The position numbers were made by a program, and so were the translations under genes. From an uncultured Ruficoccus sp. (GTDB lineage Bacteria; Verrucomicrobiota; Verrucomicrobiia; Opitutales; Cerasicoccaceae): a DNA stretch of 64,000 bases. Shown here piece by piece: positions 18,122 to 28,140 of this stretch (position 1 is its first letter; every line of letters starts with the position of its first letter). Location: positions 256,001-320,000 of the forward strand of contig OZ223519.1 in the NCBI GenBank assembly GCA_965140785.1, read 5' to 3'. The notes beneath the pieces are model-generated. The model did not search any database and was not told where the DNA came from. It saw nothing but the letters and a program-made list of their open reading frames with translations.

Positions 18122-19447
18122 ATGGAAATCCCCGAACTGCTCAAGCCCTTGCTGGACCGGCCCGTCGCGATATTTGGCGGCGGGGTCAGCGGGCGTGCCG
18201 CGGGTGACCTGTTGCGTTCGCAGGGCAGGTTGCACGAGGTGTACGACGAGCGGGGAGGGCAGTACGCGCACAGGGATTTCGGCGAGCGCGAGGCCGGTCG
18301 CCACCGGCTGGTCATTCACAGTCCGGGCTTTCCGCCGAGCCATCCGTGGTTCGCCGCCGCGCAGAAAGCCGGCTGCACCGTGCTGGGCGAACTGGACTTC
18401 GCCTCGCTTTTCTGGGGCGGGGGCACCGTCGCCGTGACCGGCACCAATGGCAAAACCACGGTGACGGAGTTTCTGGCCTACGCCTTCAAGCGCGCCGGGC
18501 AGAAGGCGGTGGCAGTGGGTAATGTCGGCTATCCGATGTCGCGGCTGTTCGAGTTGAGCAACCACGAGGGCGCAGTGGCGGTGTGTGAGGTCAGCTCTTT
18601 CCAGTCCGAGTGCCTAAAGCACTTCCGTCCGCAGTCGCTGATCTGGACGAATTTCGACGAGGACCACCTCGACCGCTACGCTTCGCCGCAGGAGTACTTC
18701 GATGCGAAGTGGCGGCTGGTTGAACAGTTGTCCCGGCCCAGCCTGGTGATGGGCGAATCGGTGGCGGTCTGGGCGGAGAAGCTCGGCAAGAAGCTGCCCT
18801 CTTATACACGCATCGTGCGCCGCAGTGATCCACTGGGCGACGCGCCCGCCAATTCACCTTTCCTGAGCTACCCGCAGCAGGAGAATTACCGCCTCGTGCG
18901 TGCCTTCTGGGAAAAAGAGAGCATGAGCATCCATACCCTGGAGTCGGCCGCCATCCAGTTTCGCCTGCCCCGGCACCGCCTGCAAAAGGTGGCCGAGTGG
19001 GGTGGCATCGCCTTCTGGAACGACTCCAAGGCCACTAATTTCTCGTCCGCCCTGGCCGCGTTGAAAACCTTCAAGGAGCCGGTCTTCTGGATCGGCGGCG
19101 GCAAATCCAAGGGCGGCGACATCGCGGCTTTCACCCGGGCCGTGGCCGCGCAGATTAAGGGGGCTGCCCTGATCGGGGAGACCGCCCCCGTCCTGGCGGA
19201 ACATTTACAGGCCGCCGGGGTCGGGTGCCGGGTGTGCAAGACCCTGCCCGAAGCCGTCCGTGAGGCCGTCGAGCGGATGGCCGGATCCGGCATAATTTTA
19301 CTCAGTCCGGGCTTTTCCAGCCTGGACATGTTCGAGAGCTACACCCAGCGAGGATTTGCTTTCGAGCAGGCTGTTTTGAGTTTGAAGAAACAGATGGCCA
19401 CTGATACGAACAGCGCATGCGCAAAAACTGGAGAAAAGTTGTCATGA
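18122..19447 (+). CDS. murD: UDP-MurNAc-L-Ala:D-Glu ligase
   Basis: SPG, TGTNGKTT, EVSSFQ, DHLDRY, NDSKATN, LSPG. Confidence 0.94.
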   Translation: MEIPELLKPLLDRPVAIFGGGVSGRAAGDLLRSQGRLHEVYDERGGQYAHRDFGEREAGRHRLVIHSPGFPPSHPWFAAAQKAGCTVLGELDFASLFWGGGTVAVTGTNGKTTVTEFLAYAFKRAGQKAVAVGNVGYPMSRLFELSNHEGAVAVCEVSSFQSECLKHFRPQSLIWTNFDEDHLDRYASPQEYFDAKWRLVEQLSRPSLVMGESVAVWAEKLGKKLPSYTRIVRRSDPLGDAPANSPFLSYPQQENYRLVRAFWEKESMSIHTLESAAIQFRLPRHRLQKVAEWGGIAFWNDSKATNFSSALAALKTFKEPVFWIGGGKSKGGDIAAFTRAVAAQIKGAALIGETAPVLAEHLQAAGVGCRVCKTLPEAVREAVERMAGSGIILLSPGFSSLDMFESYTQRGFAFEQAVLSLKKQMATDTNSACAKTGEKLS

Positions 19448-20547
19448 AAATCAGTCAGATATTCCTCTGTGTGATCGGTCTGCATTTGGCCGTCATCGTG
19501 TTCCTCTTTGCCACCCCTGGCTGCCAGAGTGGACCAGAGGCCGAGACCACCGGTTCCGAGGGGGTTGTTGGCCCGCCGAATGAAACCGTCGCCGCTGAAG
19601 CGGACGAAAACTATCGTCAACAGGAATACACCGTCGGAGGTGCGCCGGTTAAGTCGGAAGCGTCTTCCGATGTGAGCCGCCCACGCTACCCGCCGACCCG
19701 CCCGACCTGGAACCTCAACCAGGGCCAGCCCGCCGAAGTGATCGAAGGGACTGAGGTCACCGTGATCGAGCCCGTGAATCCCTCGAGCGACATCCCGACC
19801 TCAACCGAAACCTCCACTTACGTAGTCAAGAAGGGTGACAACCTGACTGTGATCGCCCGCCGCCACGACGTGACCCTCAGCGAACTGATGGCCGCTAACG
19901 GATTAACCAAGAAGTCCGTTCTCCAGGTCGGCCAGGTCCTGACCATTCCCGCGGCCAGCGCTGAATCCTACGAGCCGCCCGCAGGCGACCTTTCCGCCGG
20001 TGCCGCCACCTCGGTGGGCGAAGCGGGCAAGAACTACACCGTCAAGCCCGGCGATTCGCTCTCCGTGCTGGCTCGTCGCAATGGCACCACCGTGGGCGCG
20101 ATCAAGAGTGCCAACGGCCTGACCAGCAATACCATCTACGTGGGCCAGAAGCTGCTCATCCCCGCCGCCGGGACGAGCGTGCCGGTCTCTTCCCGCACGC
20201 AATCCCTGCCCGAAGGCACCTACCTGGTGCAAAAGGGTGACACCCTCGGGGCCATCGCCAAGCGTTACGACGTCAAGGTCTCCGAGTTGATGACGGCCAA
20301 CGGCATCTCCGACCCGCGCAGCCTGCGCGCCGGCCAGAAGCTCTACATCCCCGGCCAAGGTGGGACCCCGCCGCCGGCCTCGACGAGCAAGCCCAAGTCT
20401 TCTTCCCCGGCGCCGGTCCCGGCCCCGGTTCCCGCTCCGCAACCCTCACAGGCCCAGCAACCCCGGGTGATCGAGGAGTATGACGCGGACATCCTGTTGG
20501 AAAATCTCGACGACATTCCCGCCGCCGAGGTTCAGAGCACAAACTAG
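19444..20547 (+). CDS. LysM peptidoglycan-binding protein (3 LysM domains)
   Basis: YVVKKGDNL, YTVKPGDSL and YLVQKGDTL repeats; N-terminal hydrophobic helix followed by GC; ATG overlaps the murD stop. Confidence 0.92.
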   Translation: MKISQIFLCVIGLHLAVIVFLFATPGCQSGPEAETTGSEGVVGPPNETVAAEADENYRQQEYTVGGAPVKSEASSDVSRPRYPPTRPTWNLNQGQPAEVIEGTEVTVIEPVNPSSDIPTSTETSTYVVKKGDNLTVIARRHDVTLSELMAANGLTKKSVLQVGQVLTIPAASAESYEPPAGDLSAGAATSVGEAGKNYTVKPGDSLSVLARRNGTTVGAIKSANGLTSNTIYVGQKLLIPAAGTSVPVSSRTQSLPEGTYLVQKGDTLGAIAKRYDVKVSELMTANGISDPRSLRAGQKLYIPGQGGTPPPASTSKPKSSSPAPVPAPVPAPQPSQAQQPRVIEEYDADILLENLDDIPAAEVQSTN

Positions 20548-20639
20548 GCTGTTCATCCAGAATCCATTCCGCCCGAGAACAGCCGCTGAACATCCATTGA
20601 ATTATTCATCTGAAACCGCGAGCGAGTAACCTCCGTCTG

Positions 20640-21740
20640 GTGAGTGCCGGCAGTGTGCTGACACTCTGTGTGGCCGCGCTCACCTTCCTCGGGCTGGTGG
20701 TGCTCTCCAGCGCCGGCAAATCGCTCAGCTCCAATCCGTACTTCTACTTTCAGCGCCAGAGTCTCTGGCTGGCTCTGGCGCTGACGGCGGGACTTTTCAC
20801 CACCTTCCTCAACCTCGAAACGGTCCGCAAGGGCACGTGGATCTTCGTCGGGGCGGTCGTGCTGCTGCTGATCGCGGTCCTCATCCCCGGCATCGGGGTA
20901 AAGGTCAACGGCGCGAGCCGCTGGCTCGATCTGGGGATGATGCGCCTGCAGGTGTCCGACCTGGCCAAGCTCGCGCTGATCTTCGGGATGGCGCACTTCC
21001 TGGCGCAGAACCAGCGCCGGATCACGACCTTCTGGGTTGGCTTCATCCTGCCTTGCGTGGGGCTGGGCTTCATCTGCGGGCTGATCATGCTGGAGCCGGA
21101 CTTCGGCACCACGGCTCTGTGTGGCATCGTGGGTTTCTCCATGCTGTTTGTGGCCGGGGTGCGCATGCTTTACCTCATCCCGACTTGCCTGGCCGGGGTG
21201 GCACTCTTTGGGGTGGCCGTTTACCTCGACCCGATCCGCCTGCGCCGGGTGACGTCCTTTCTCGATGTGGAGGCGAACAAATCCGACAGCGCCTACCAGC
21301 TCTGGCAGGGCATCCTGGCCTTCGGGGCGGGGGGCGTGGACGGCGTCGGTCTGGGTAATGGCCGTCAGCAGCTTTCCTACCTGCCCGAGTCGCACACCGA
21401 CTTTGTCTTCCCGGTTATCGGGGAGGAGTTGGGCTTCATCACCACGGCCTCGGTCGTGGCTCTCTTCCTGACGGTCTTTCTGTGCGGGGTCTGGAGCCTG
21501 CGCCGCGCGCCGAATATGTACCAGTTTCTGCTGGTGTGCGGGGCGCTGTGGTTTCTCACTTTCCAGGCCCTGATCAACATGGGCGTCGTGACCGGCCTGC
21601 TTCCGACCAAGGGCATGTCGCTGCCCTTTATCAGCTACGGGGGCTCAAATCTCGTGGTCATGTTCATCCTGGTCGGGCTGATTTTGAACTGCTTCCGCAA
21701 CTGGCAAAAACCGGCCCTGCAGCGGCCCCGTCACCTATGA
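20640..21740 (+). CDS. ftsW: SEDS glycosyltransferase FtsW
   Basis: NGASRW, QVSDLAK, EPDFGT, PESHTDF, LPFISYGGS. Confidence 0.94.
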   Translation: MSAGSVLTLCVAALTFLGLVVLSSAGKSLSSNPYFYFQRQSLWLALALTAGLFTTFLNLETVRKGTWIFVGAVVLLLIAVLIPGIGVKVNGASRWLDLGMMRLQVSDLAKLALIFGMAHFLAQNQRRITTFWVGFILPCVGLGFICGLIMLEPDFGTTALCGIVGFSMLFVAGVRMLYLIPTCLAGVALFGVAVYLDPIRLRRVTSFLDVEANKSDSAYQLWQGILAFGAGGVDGVGLGNGRQQLSYLPESHTDFVFPVIGEELGFITTASVVALFLTVFLCGVWSLRRAPNMYQFLLVCGALWFLTFQALINMGVVTGLLPTKGMSLPFISYGGSNLVVMFILVGLILNCFRNWQKPALQRPRHL

Positions 21741-22837
21741 GCCTGTATCTGATTTCATGTGGAGGAACGGGCGGGCACCTGGCCCCGGGTATTGCGCTGG
21801 CCGAGGGGCTGAACGAGGCCGGGCATGGCTGCTGCCTCGTTATCAGTAACAAGGACGTGGACTCCCGGCTGGTTAAAAGCTACCCGGATCTCGACTATGA
21901 GCGTTCGCCGGGTTGTGGCATGTCGTGGAAGCCGCTCGGCTTCCTGCGCTTCCAGTTCCAGCAGATCCGGGCCTTTATTTTCGCCGTGCGCCTGATCCGC
22001 CGCCGCAAGCCCGCGGCCATCGTGGGTTTCGGGGGCTTTCTCAGTGTCGGAGTGGCTCTGGCGGGTTTTCTCCTGGGCTACCCGATCGTGCTGCACGAGG
22101 CCAACCGCCGCGCCGGCCGCGCCATCCGCATGCTCAGCGGGCTGGCCCAGCGCATTTACCTGCCCGAGGGCACGCAGTTGAAAAGCCTGCCACCGCAGAC
22201 CGTGCGCCACTCGGGCTACCCGGTGCGCAAGGAAATCCGTCGTCTGCCCCAGGACGTGGCCCGGCAGAAGCTCGGCATCCAGGTCTCCGGTAAGCTCCTG
22301 CTCGTCTTCGGCGGTAGCCAGGGAGCCGTCGCCCTGAACAAGTGGGTCAACGAGAACTTCGAGCGCCTGGCCAAAGAGAACATCAGCGTGTACTGCCTGA
22401 CCGGGCTGCGTCACGGCTCGCAGGGCACGGTCGAGCACAAGCTGGAGGACGGGCAGGTCGCCCGCTGCTACTTTGAGCCGTTCTGCGACCGCATGACCGA
22501 GGTTCTCTCGGCCGCCGACCTCGTCGTCTCCCGTGCCGGAGCGGGCAGCATCGCGGAGTTTATCCGCTGCCGTACGCCCTCCATTATCGTGCCTTTCCCC
22601 TATGCCGCGGACGACCACCAGCGCGCCAACGCCAGCTTCTTCGAGCAGCAGGGCGGCACCATCGTGGTCGAGCAGGAGAACCTCTCGCAACTGACCGACG
22701 AGGTCATCGACACCATTTTTAACGACTGGCTCCTGACCAAGATCCGCGACAACCTCGCCCGGCTCGACCGGCTCAATCCCATCGATTTGATGATCCGCGA
22801 TCTGGAAGGAATCGCCGCCCAGAACCAGCCCGCATGA
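21737..22837 (+). CDS. murG: Lipid II GlcNAc transferase
   Basis: GGTGGH, HEAN, GGSQGA, RAGA, HQRANA; ATG at 21737. Confidence 0.95.
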   Translation: MSLYLISCGGTGGHLAPGIALAEGLNEAGHGCCLVISNKDVDSRLVKSYPDLDYERSPGCGMSWKPLGFLRFQFQQIRAFIFAVRLIRRRKPAAIVGFGGFLSVGVALAGFLLGYPIVLHEANRRAGRAIRMLSGLAQRIYLPEGTQLKSLPPQTVRHSGYPVRKEIRRLPQDVARQKLGIQVSGKLLLVFGGSQGAVALNKWVNENFERLAKENISVYCLTGLRHGSQGTVEHKLEDGQVARCYFEPFCDRMTEVLSAADLVVSRAGAGSIAEFIRCRTPSIIVPFPYAADDHQRANASFFEQQGGTIVVEQENLSQLTDEVIDTIFNDWLLTKIRDNLARLDRLNPIDLMIRDLEGIAAQNQPA

Positions 22838-25011
22838 TGACTGCGCCCGACAATCCGCCCACCACGATCCCCGAGGAGGTCTTCCTGCTCGGCATTGGCG
22901 GTATGGGCATGGCTCCGCTGGCGGTTTACCTGTCTCAGTCCGGCTGCCGCGTGCGTGGCTGGGACGACAACCTGAAGCCCTCCGTGCGCGCCTTGCTGGA
23001 GGGGCAGGGTATTGAAATTCTGGATACACCGGCGGCGGACTCCTCCGCGCTCATCGTGCGTTCCAGCGCCGTCGATGAAGATCATCCGCTGCTGGCGAAA
23101 ACCGCCGCCGAGGGCGCCGCGACCTGCCTGCGCCGGGGCGAATTCCTCGCCCGCCTGGCTGCGGACAAGAAGCTGGTCGCGGTCGCCGGCAGCCACGGCA
23201 AGACCACCACGACCGGCATGTTGATCGACATGCTGCGCGACGTGGGTTTCGATTTCAGCTATGTGCTCGGCGGGCTCTTCAACGGCGGTGGCTCGACGCC
23301 CCCGGCGCACTTCTCGGCTTCGTCCCCATGGCTGGTGGCCGAGGTGGACGAGAGCGACGGCACGATTGAGAACTTCGACCCGGCGGTTACGGTGGTGGTC
23401 AACCTCGACTGGGACCACGCCGACCGCTACGCCACCGAGGCCGACCTGCGGGCCACCTTCGAGCGGCTCTTCGCCCGCACGAGCGAGCACATCCTCCTGC
23501 CCGACGGCTTGCCCGGCGCAGAGGATGGGACGGCGGAGGTGATCCGTTTCGAAGCGCCCGGTATCAATTTCAACCTCGATAACGCCAATGCCGCGCTGCA
23601 CGCCTGTCGCCTGATCGCGGGCACCGTGCCGCAGAATCCGCTGGCCCGCTTTCCCGGCATCTGCCGCCGTCAGGACGTGCTTCACCGCGAGCAGCGTATG
23701 CGCGTGATGGCCGACTACGCGCACCACCCGACGGAGATTCGCGCCTTGCTCAATCTCGTTCGCAGCGAATCCGAGGGGCCGGTCTGGGTCGTCTTTCAGC
23801 CGCACCGCTACAGCCGCACGCGGCAGTTCGCGCGCGAGTTCGCGCAGGTGCTCAGCGGGGCCGACCGGGCCTGGGTGCTGCCGGTTTACGCCGCCAGCGA
23901 GCTGCCCGACGCGGGTGGCACGGAGGCGCGCATTCTAGAGGAAGCGCCGGACAAGCTGGAGGCGCTCACCCCGGAGACTTTAAACGCCGTGCTCGACGAG
24001 GCGCTGGCCGGGGAACTGCCCGGAGCGCTGCTTTTCGTCGGGGCCGGAGACATTGACCGGATGGCGGCGCGCTTCGTCCGCGACCGGCAACTGGCCGAGC
24101 GCTGGCGGCAGGAACTTTCCACCGAAGCGGTGCTCAAGCTGGGCGAACCGCTTGCCCGCAAGACCACGATCAAGCTCGGCGGTCCGGCCCGTTTCTACGC
24201 CGAACCGGCCAGCGAGATCGACGTGGCCTACCTGTTGCGCGAAGCCCGCGACGCGGGCCTGCCGGTGCTCCCGCTGGGGCGCGGTTCAAATCTCATCGTG
24301 GCCGACGCTGGATTTGACGGGTTGGCGCTGGGCTTCAAGCACGCCACCTGGCAACGACTCGAACTCGACAGCGAGGGCCGGGTGGTGGCCGGGGCGGGCG
24401 TCCGTCTCAAACAGTTGTGCGCCTTCGCCGCGAAAAACGGTCTGGGCGGTTTCGAGTTTATGGAAGGTATCCCCGGCACCGTCGGCGGCTCCCTGCGCAT
24501 GAACGCCGGGGCCATGGGCGGATGGATGTTCGACCGGGTGGCGACGGTGTGTTTTATCGATGCGGAGGGGACCTTGCAGAGCTGGCCGCGCGAGCGCTTT
24601 CATTTTGGTTATCGGCAGTGCCGGGAGATTGCCCAGGGGCTGGCGCTGCGGGCGGTCTTCACCGGCAGCGAGAGTGGCGAAAGTGTGGCCATCCGCGCCA
24701 CTATGGACAGCTACGCCAGCACCCGCAAGGAGAGCCAGCCGCGCGAACCGAGTGCGGGTTGCATCTTTAAAAATCCCGAGGGCGGCCACGCCGGCAAGCT
24801 CATCGACGACCTGGGCTTGAAGGGCCTGCGCGAGGGCGGGGCAGAGGTCTCCGGCGTGCACGCGAACTTTATCATCAACACCGGCGAAGCGACCGCCAGG
24901 GACGTCATCGCGCTGGTGCGACGCATCCGCGAAATCGCCCGGCGCGAGCGCGGGGTGGAACTGGAGCCGGAGGTCTTGCTGGCCGGCCAGAAGTGGGAGG
25001 ACGTGCTGTGA
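22834..25011 (+). CDS. murC-murB: MurC-MurB fusion protein
   Basis: N-terminal part GIGGMGM, GSHGKTTT, EVDESD, DYAHHP, FQPHRYSR (MurC); C-terminal part GRGSN, IPGTVGG, MNAGA, SAGCIFKNP, HANF, LEPEV (MurB); single frame, 725 aa. Confidence 0.93.
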   Translation: MMTAPDNPPTTIPEEVFLLGIGGMGMAPLAVYLSQSGCRVRGWDDNLKPSVRALLEGQGIEILDTPAADSSALIVRSSAVDEDHPLLAKTAAEGAATCLRRGEFLARLAADKKLVAVAGSHGKTTTTGMLIDMLRDVGFDFSYVLGGLFNGGGSTPPAHFSASSPWLVAEVDESDGTIENFDPAVTVVVNLDWDHADRYATEADLRATFERLFARTSEHILLPDGLPGAEDGTAEVIRFEAPGINFNLDNANAALHACRLIAGTVPQNPLARFPGICRRQDVLHREQRMRVMADYAHHPTEIRALLNLVRSESEGPVWVVFQPHRYSRTRQFAREFAQVLSGADRAWVLPVYAASELPDAGGTEARILEEAPDKLEALTPETLNAVLDEALAGELPGALLFVGAGDIDRMAARFVRDRQLAERWRQELSTEAVLKLGEPLARKTTIKLGGPARFYAEPASEIDVAYLLREARDAGLPVLPLGRGSNLIVADAGFDGLALGFKHATWQRLELDSEGRVVAGAGVRLKQLCAFAAKNGLGGFEFMEGIPGTVGGSLRMNAGAMGGWMFDRVATVCFIDAEGTLQSWPRERFHFGYRQCREIAQGLALRAVFTGSESGESVAIRATMDSYASTRKESQPREPSAGCIFKNPEGGHAGKLIDDLGLKGLREGGAEVSGVHANFIINTGEATARDVIALVRRIREIARRERGVELEPEVLLAGQKWEDVL

Positions 25012-25955
25012 GCACCCCGGCCCAGATCAGCGTCCTGTGCGGCGGCCCCTCCAGCGAACGCGAGGTCTCACTCGTGTCCGGGCGCAGCATCGCCGAGGCC
25101 CTGCGGCAGCACTTCGCGGTCGAGCTGATCGAGTTCGACCAAGCGGCTCTGCCGGCGGGACTGGACCCGGCGAAGACCGTGGTCTTCCCGGCGCTGCATG
25201 GGGAGTTTGGCGAGGACGGCCAGATCCAGGCCCTGTTGGAAGCGGGCGGGTTCGCCTACGCCGGTTCCGGGCCCGCGGCGAGCGCCCTGTGCATGCACAA
25301 GATCGACACCAAGGCAGCAGTGGCGGAGTCGGGCTTTGCGCGGGCGGCGGATTTGACTTTCCTGGCCGAGGACGCGCCCTCGGCGCAGAGCTTGGCCGCC
25401 GAGGTGGGCGAACACCTGGTGCTCAAGCCGGTGGACCAGGGAAGCAGCGTCGGGCTACACATGGTCAGCGGACTGGAGGAGCTGGAGCGGGCGCTGGCCG
25501 CGCTCACGCCGGGCCGCTGGATGGCGGAGGCCTTTGTCACGGGCCGCGAGATGACCATCGGCGTCCTCGACGGCGAGGCGATGGGCATCGTCGAAATCGT
25601 GCCCAAGGGCGGCGTTTACGACTATCAGCACAAGTACACCGCCGGGGCGACCGAGTACCGTTACCCAGCCGAGGTGCCGGATGAATGGGCGGCGCAGTGC
25701 CGCCGTTACGCCGAGCGCGCCTTTGCCGCCTGCGGCTGCCGCGACTTTGGACGGGTGGACTTTATCCTGGCCGCCGACGGGCTCCCGTATTTTCTCGAAA
25801 TCAACACCATCCCCGGCCTGACGCCGACCAGCCTCCTGCCCAAAAGCGCCTCGTGCCGCGGGCTGGAGTTTGCGGAGTTGGCGCGCCGGATGGTCGAGCC
25901 CGCCCTGCGGCGAAAACTGAACCCGCTCCCGAACGCGGCAAACACCCTCAACTGA
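25008..25955 (+). CDS. ddl: D-Ala-D-Ala ligase
   Basis: GGPSSEREVS, LHGEFGEDG, GSSVG, YDYQHKY, EINTIPG; GTG at 25008. Confidence 0.95.
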   Translation: MSTPAQISVLCGGPSSEREVSLVSGRSIAEALRQHFAVELIEFDQAALPAGLDPAKTVVFPALHGEFGEDGQIQALLEAGGFAYAGSGPAASALCMHKIDTKAAVAESGFARAADLTFLAEDAPSAQSLAAEVGEHLVLKPVDQGSSVGLHMVSGLEELERALAALTPGRWMAEAFVTGREMTIGVLDGEAMGIVEIVPKGGVYDYQHKYTAGATEYRYPAEVPDEWAAQCRRYAERAFAACGCRDFGRVDFILAADGLPYFLEINTIPGLTPTSLLPKSASCRGLEFAELARRMVEPALRRKLNPLPNAANTLN

Positions 25956-25963
25956 CCTGAGCC

Positions 25964-26890
25964 ATGGCTAAGAAAAAAGCAGCGAAAAAACAATCCTCCT
26001 CCTGGCACAGCATCAAGCAGAGTTCGGCCGGACGCGCCCAGACCAAGGTCGCGCGTAAGCGCCGCTGGGGCATTGGCCTGCGCTGGGTCGGGGCCGCGCT
26101 GGCGATTCTGATTGTCCTGGGCAGCATCGGCGGGGGGCTGTACTTTTTAAACACGAAGACCGAGAAGCTCGCCGTGGTCGGTGCGAGCGGGCCGCTGCGT
26201 AACGTCTACTTTCAGACCGACGGGGTGCTGACGCGCGATTGGCTGATGGAGCGGCTCGATCTGCCGCAGGACATCGCACTGGCCGACGTTAACATCGCGG
26301 CCATCCGCAGCCAGCTTGCCGCCGAGGGGCAGACCCGCGAGGTCTCGGTGGAGAAGCGCTTTCCAGACGCCGTGGTGGTGAGTGTAAAGGAGCGCCGCCC
26401 GATCCTGCGGTTGGTCATCGTGGACGCTTCCGGTCGTCGCGGGCTGCGTCTGGTCGATGCCGAGGGGCAGGTGTATCAGGGGGCCCACTACGCCGCCGAC
26501 CAGTTGGAGCCGCTGCCGTTCCTCGATGTCTCCTCGATCGAGCGGGAGGGCGAGGGCTACGCGCCGGTGGCCGGGGTGGAGACGGTTTGGGAGCTGATGC
26601 AGGTGGCCAGCCAGGGCTACCCGGAGATTTTCAAGGAGTGGCGCATCCTCTCGGTGCGCAACTTCAACGGCGACCCCGAGGAGCTGGGCGCGACGATCTC
26701 CGTCATCACCCGCGGCAAGGAAGAACTGGTTTTTGCCCCCGAGGGATTCGACAAGCAACTCTCGCGCCTGCGGACGATTTACGCCCACCTCGAAGAAAAT
26801 GCGGTCGGGCCGGTCCGACGGGTTGACCTCAGCTTCCAGGAACCCATTATCAAGCTGGCCCAGGCGCAGGGCCGGCGCACCTATCGCTAA
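25964..26890 (+). CDS. ftsQ: Cell-division protein FtsQ/DivIB
   Basis: Basic N-tail, single TM, POTRA-like KRFPDAVVVSVKER; located between ddl and ftsA. Confidence 0.8.
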   Translation: MAKKKAAKKQSSSWHSIKQSSAGRAQTKVARKRRWGIGLRWVGAALAILIVLGSIGGGLYFLNTKTEKLAVVGASGPLRNVYFQTDGVLTRDWLMERLDLPQDIALADVNIAAIRSQLAAEGQTREVSVEKRFPDAVVVSVKERRPILRLVIVDASGRRGLRLVDAEGQVYQGAHYAADQLEPLPFLDVSSIEREGEGYAPVAGVETVWELMQVASQGYPEIFKEWRILSVRNFNGDPEELGATISVITRGKEELVFAPEGFDKQLSRLRTIYAHLEENAVGPVRRVDLSFQEPIIKLAQAQGRRTYR

Positions 26891-26908
26891 CCGATAACGC
26901 ATGATCCC

Positions 26909-28120
26909 ATGAGCCAAAGCAAAATCGTAGGAGCCGTCGAAATCGGGACCACCCATGTGGTGGCGCTGATCGGAGAGATCGTCAACGGGCGCAGCTTGAA
27001 CCTGATCGGGATGGCCGAGAGCTCTGCTGCCGGGGTTAAAAAGGGCGAGATCATGGACTTTCGCGCCGCCAGCAACAGCGTGCATGCTGCCATCATGGGG
27101 GCGGAGAAAAGCGCGGGCGTGCAGGTCGAGGCGGTTTATCTTTCGCAGACCGGGGGGCATTTGCAGGGCTTTCATCATGTCGGCTCGGTCAACGTCTCCT
27201 CCTCGGACAACCGCGTCTCACGCGCCGACATGCAGCGCGTGATCGAGGATGCCAAGGGCAAGGAACTGTCCGCCGAGCGCGTGTACATTCACCACATCAA
27301 GCACGGCTTCCGCCTCGACGGCGAGCCGGTGGCCGATCCGCTCGACCAGGTTGGCGAGAAGCTCGAGGTCAGCTACTGGTCCGCCCACGGGGCGGAGGAT
27401 CGCGTGCGCGACCACATTCACATTATTAACGGTTTCGGCCTGCCGGTGGAGGACATGATTCTCTCCAGCATCGCTACTGCCAGCATGGTGGCGACCGCCG
27501 AGGACAAGCGCCGCGGCGCGCTCGTGCTCGACATGGGCGGGGGCACGACGGATTGGGCGATTTACCGCGACGGGGTCATTATGCGCACCGGCGTGGTGCC
27601 GGTCGGCGGCGACCACTTAACCAACGACCTTACCCTCGGCCTGCGGGTCAACCGCAAGTACGCCGAGAAGCTCAAGAAGCAGTTCGGCAAGGCTTTTGTG
27701 GAAAAGGACGACAAGGGGGAAAAGGTCTGGATGGTGGGCGACCAGATGATCGGCGACCGCTACCTCTCTCGCCAGTCGCTGGTGCAGATCCTCCAACTGC
27801 GCCTGGAGGAGGTCTTCCAGATTTTAAAGCAACAGCTCGGCGAATTCTGCTCCGAGGAGATGCTCCCGTGCGGGGTAGTGCTCAGCGGCGGGGCCTCGGT
27901 CCTGCCGGGTCTGCCCGAGCTGGCGGGGAAGATTCTCGGTCTGCCCGTGCGCATCGGCAGCAACCCGGATTGGGTGCGGGAGGACTTGCGCGGTCCCGGC
28001 TACAGCACGGCCCTGGGCCTGATGCACTACGCGCTGACCGGCCAGCATCAGGAGGAGTTCACGGCCCCGCCGCCGGAAAAGGGACTCATGAAAAAAGTGG
28101 GCAAGCTCTTCTCAATTTAA
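26909..28120 (+). CDS. ftsA: Cell-division protein FtsA
   Basis: EIGTT, GVKKG, LDMGGGTT, GGDHLTND, SGG. Confidence 0.93.
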   Translation: MSQSKIVGAVEIGTTHVVALIGEIVNGRSLNLIGMAESSAAGVKKGEIMDFRAASNSVHAAIMGAEKSAGVQVEAVYLSQTGGHLQGFHHVGSVNVSSSDNRVSRADMQRVIEDAKGKELSAERVYIHHIKHGFRLDGEPVADPLDQVGEKLEVSYWSAHGAEDRVRDHIHIINGFGLPVEDMILSSIATASMVATAEDKRRGALVLDMGGGTTDWAIYRDGVIMRTGVVPVGGDHLTNDLTLGLRVNRKYAEKLKKQFGKAFVEKDDKGEKVWMVGDQMIGDRYLSRQSLVQILQLRLEEVFQILKQQLGEFCSEEMLPCGVVLSGGASVLPGLPELAGKILGLPVRIGSNPDWVREDLRGPGYSTALGLMHYALTGQHQEEFTAPPPEKGLMKKVGKLFSI

Positions 28121-28140
28121 ACCAACCCGGAGCACGCACG

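Noticed and set aside
27553..28140. Apparent 196-aa N-terminal extension of FtsZ
   Set aside because: Overlaps ftsA in another frame; the real start is most likely ATG 28141.
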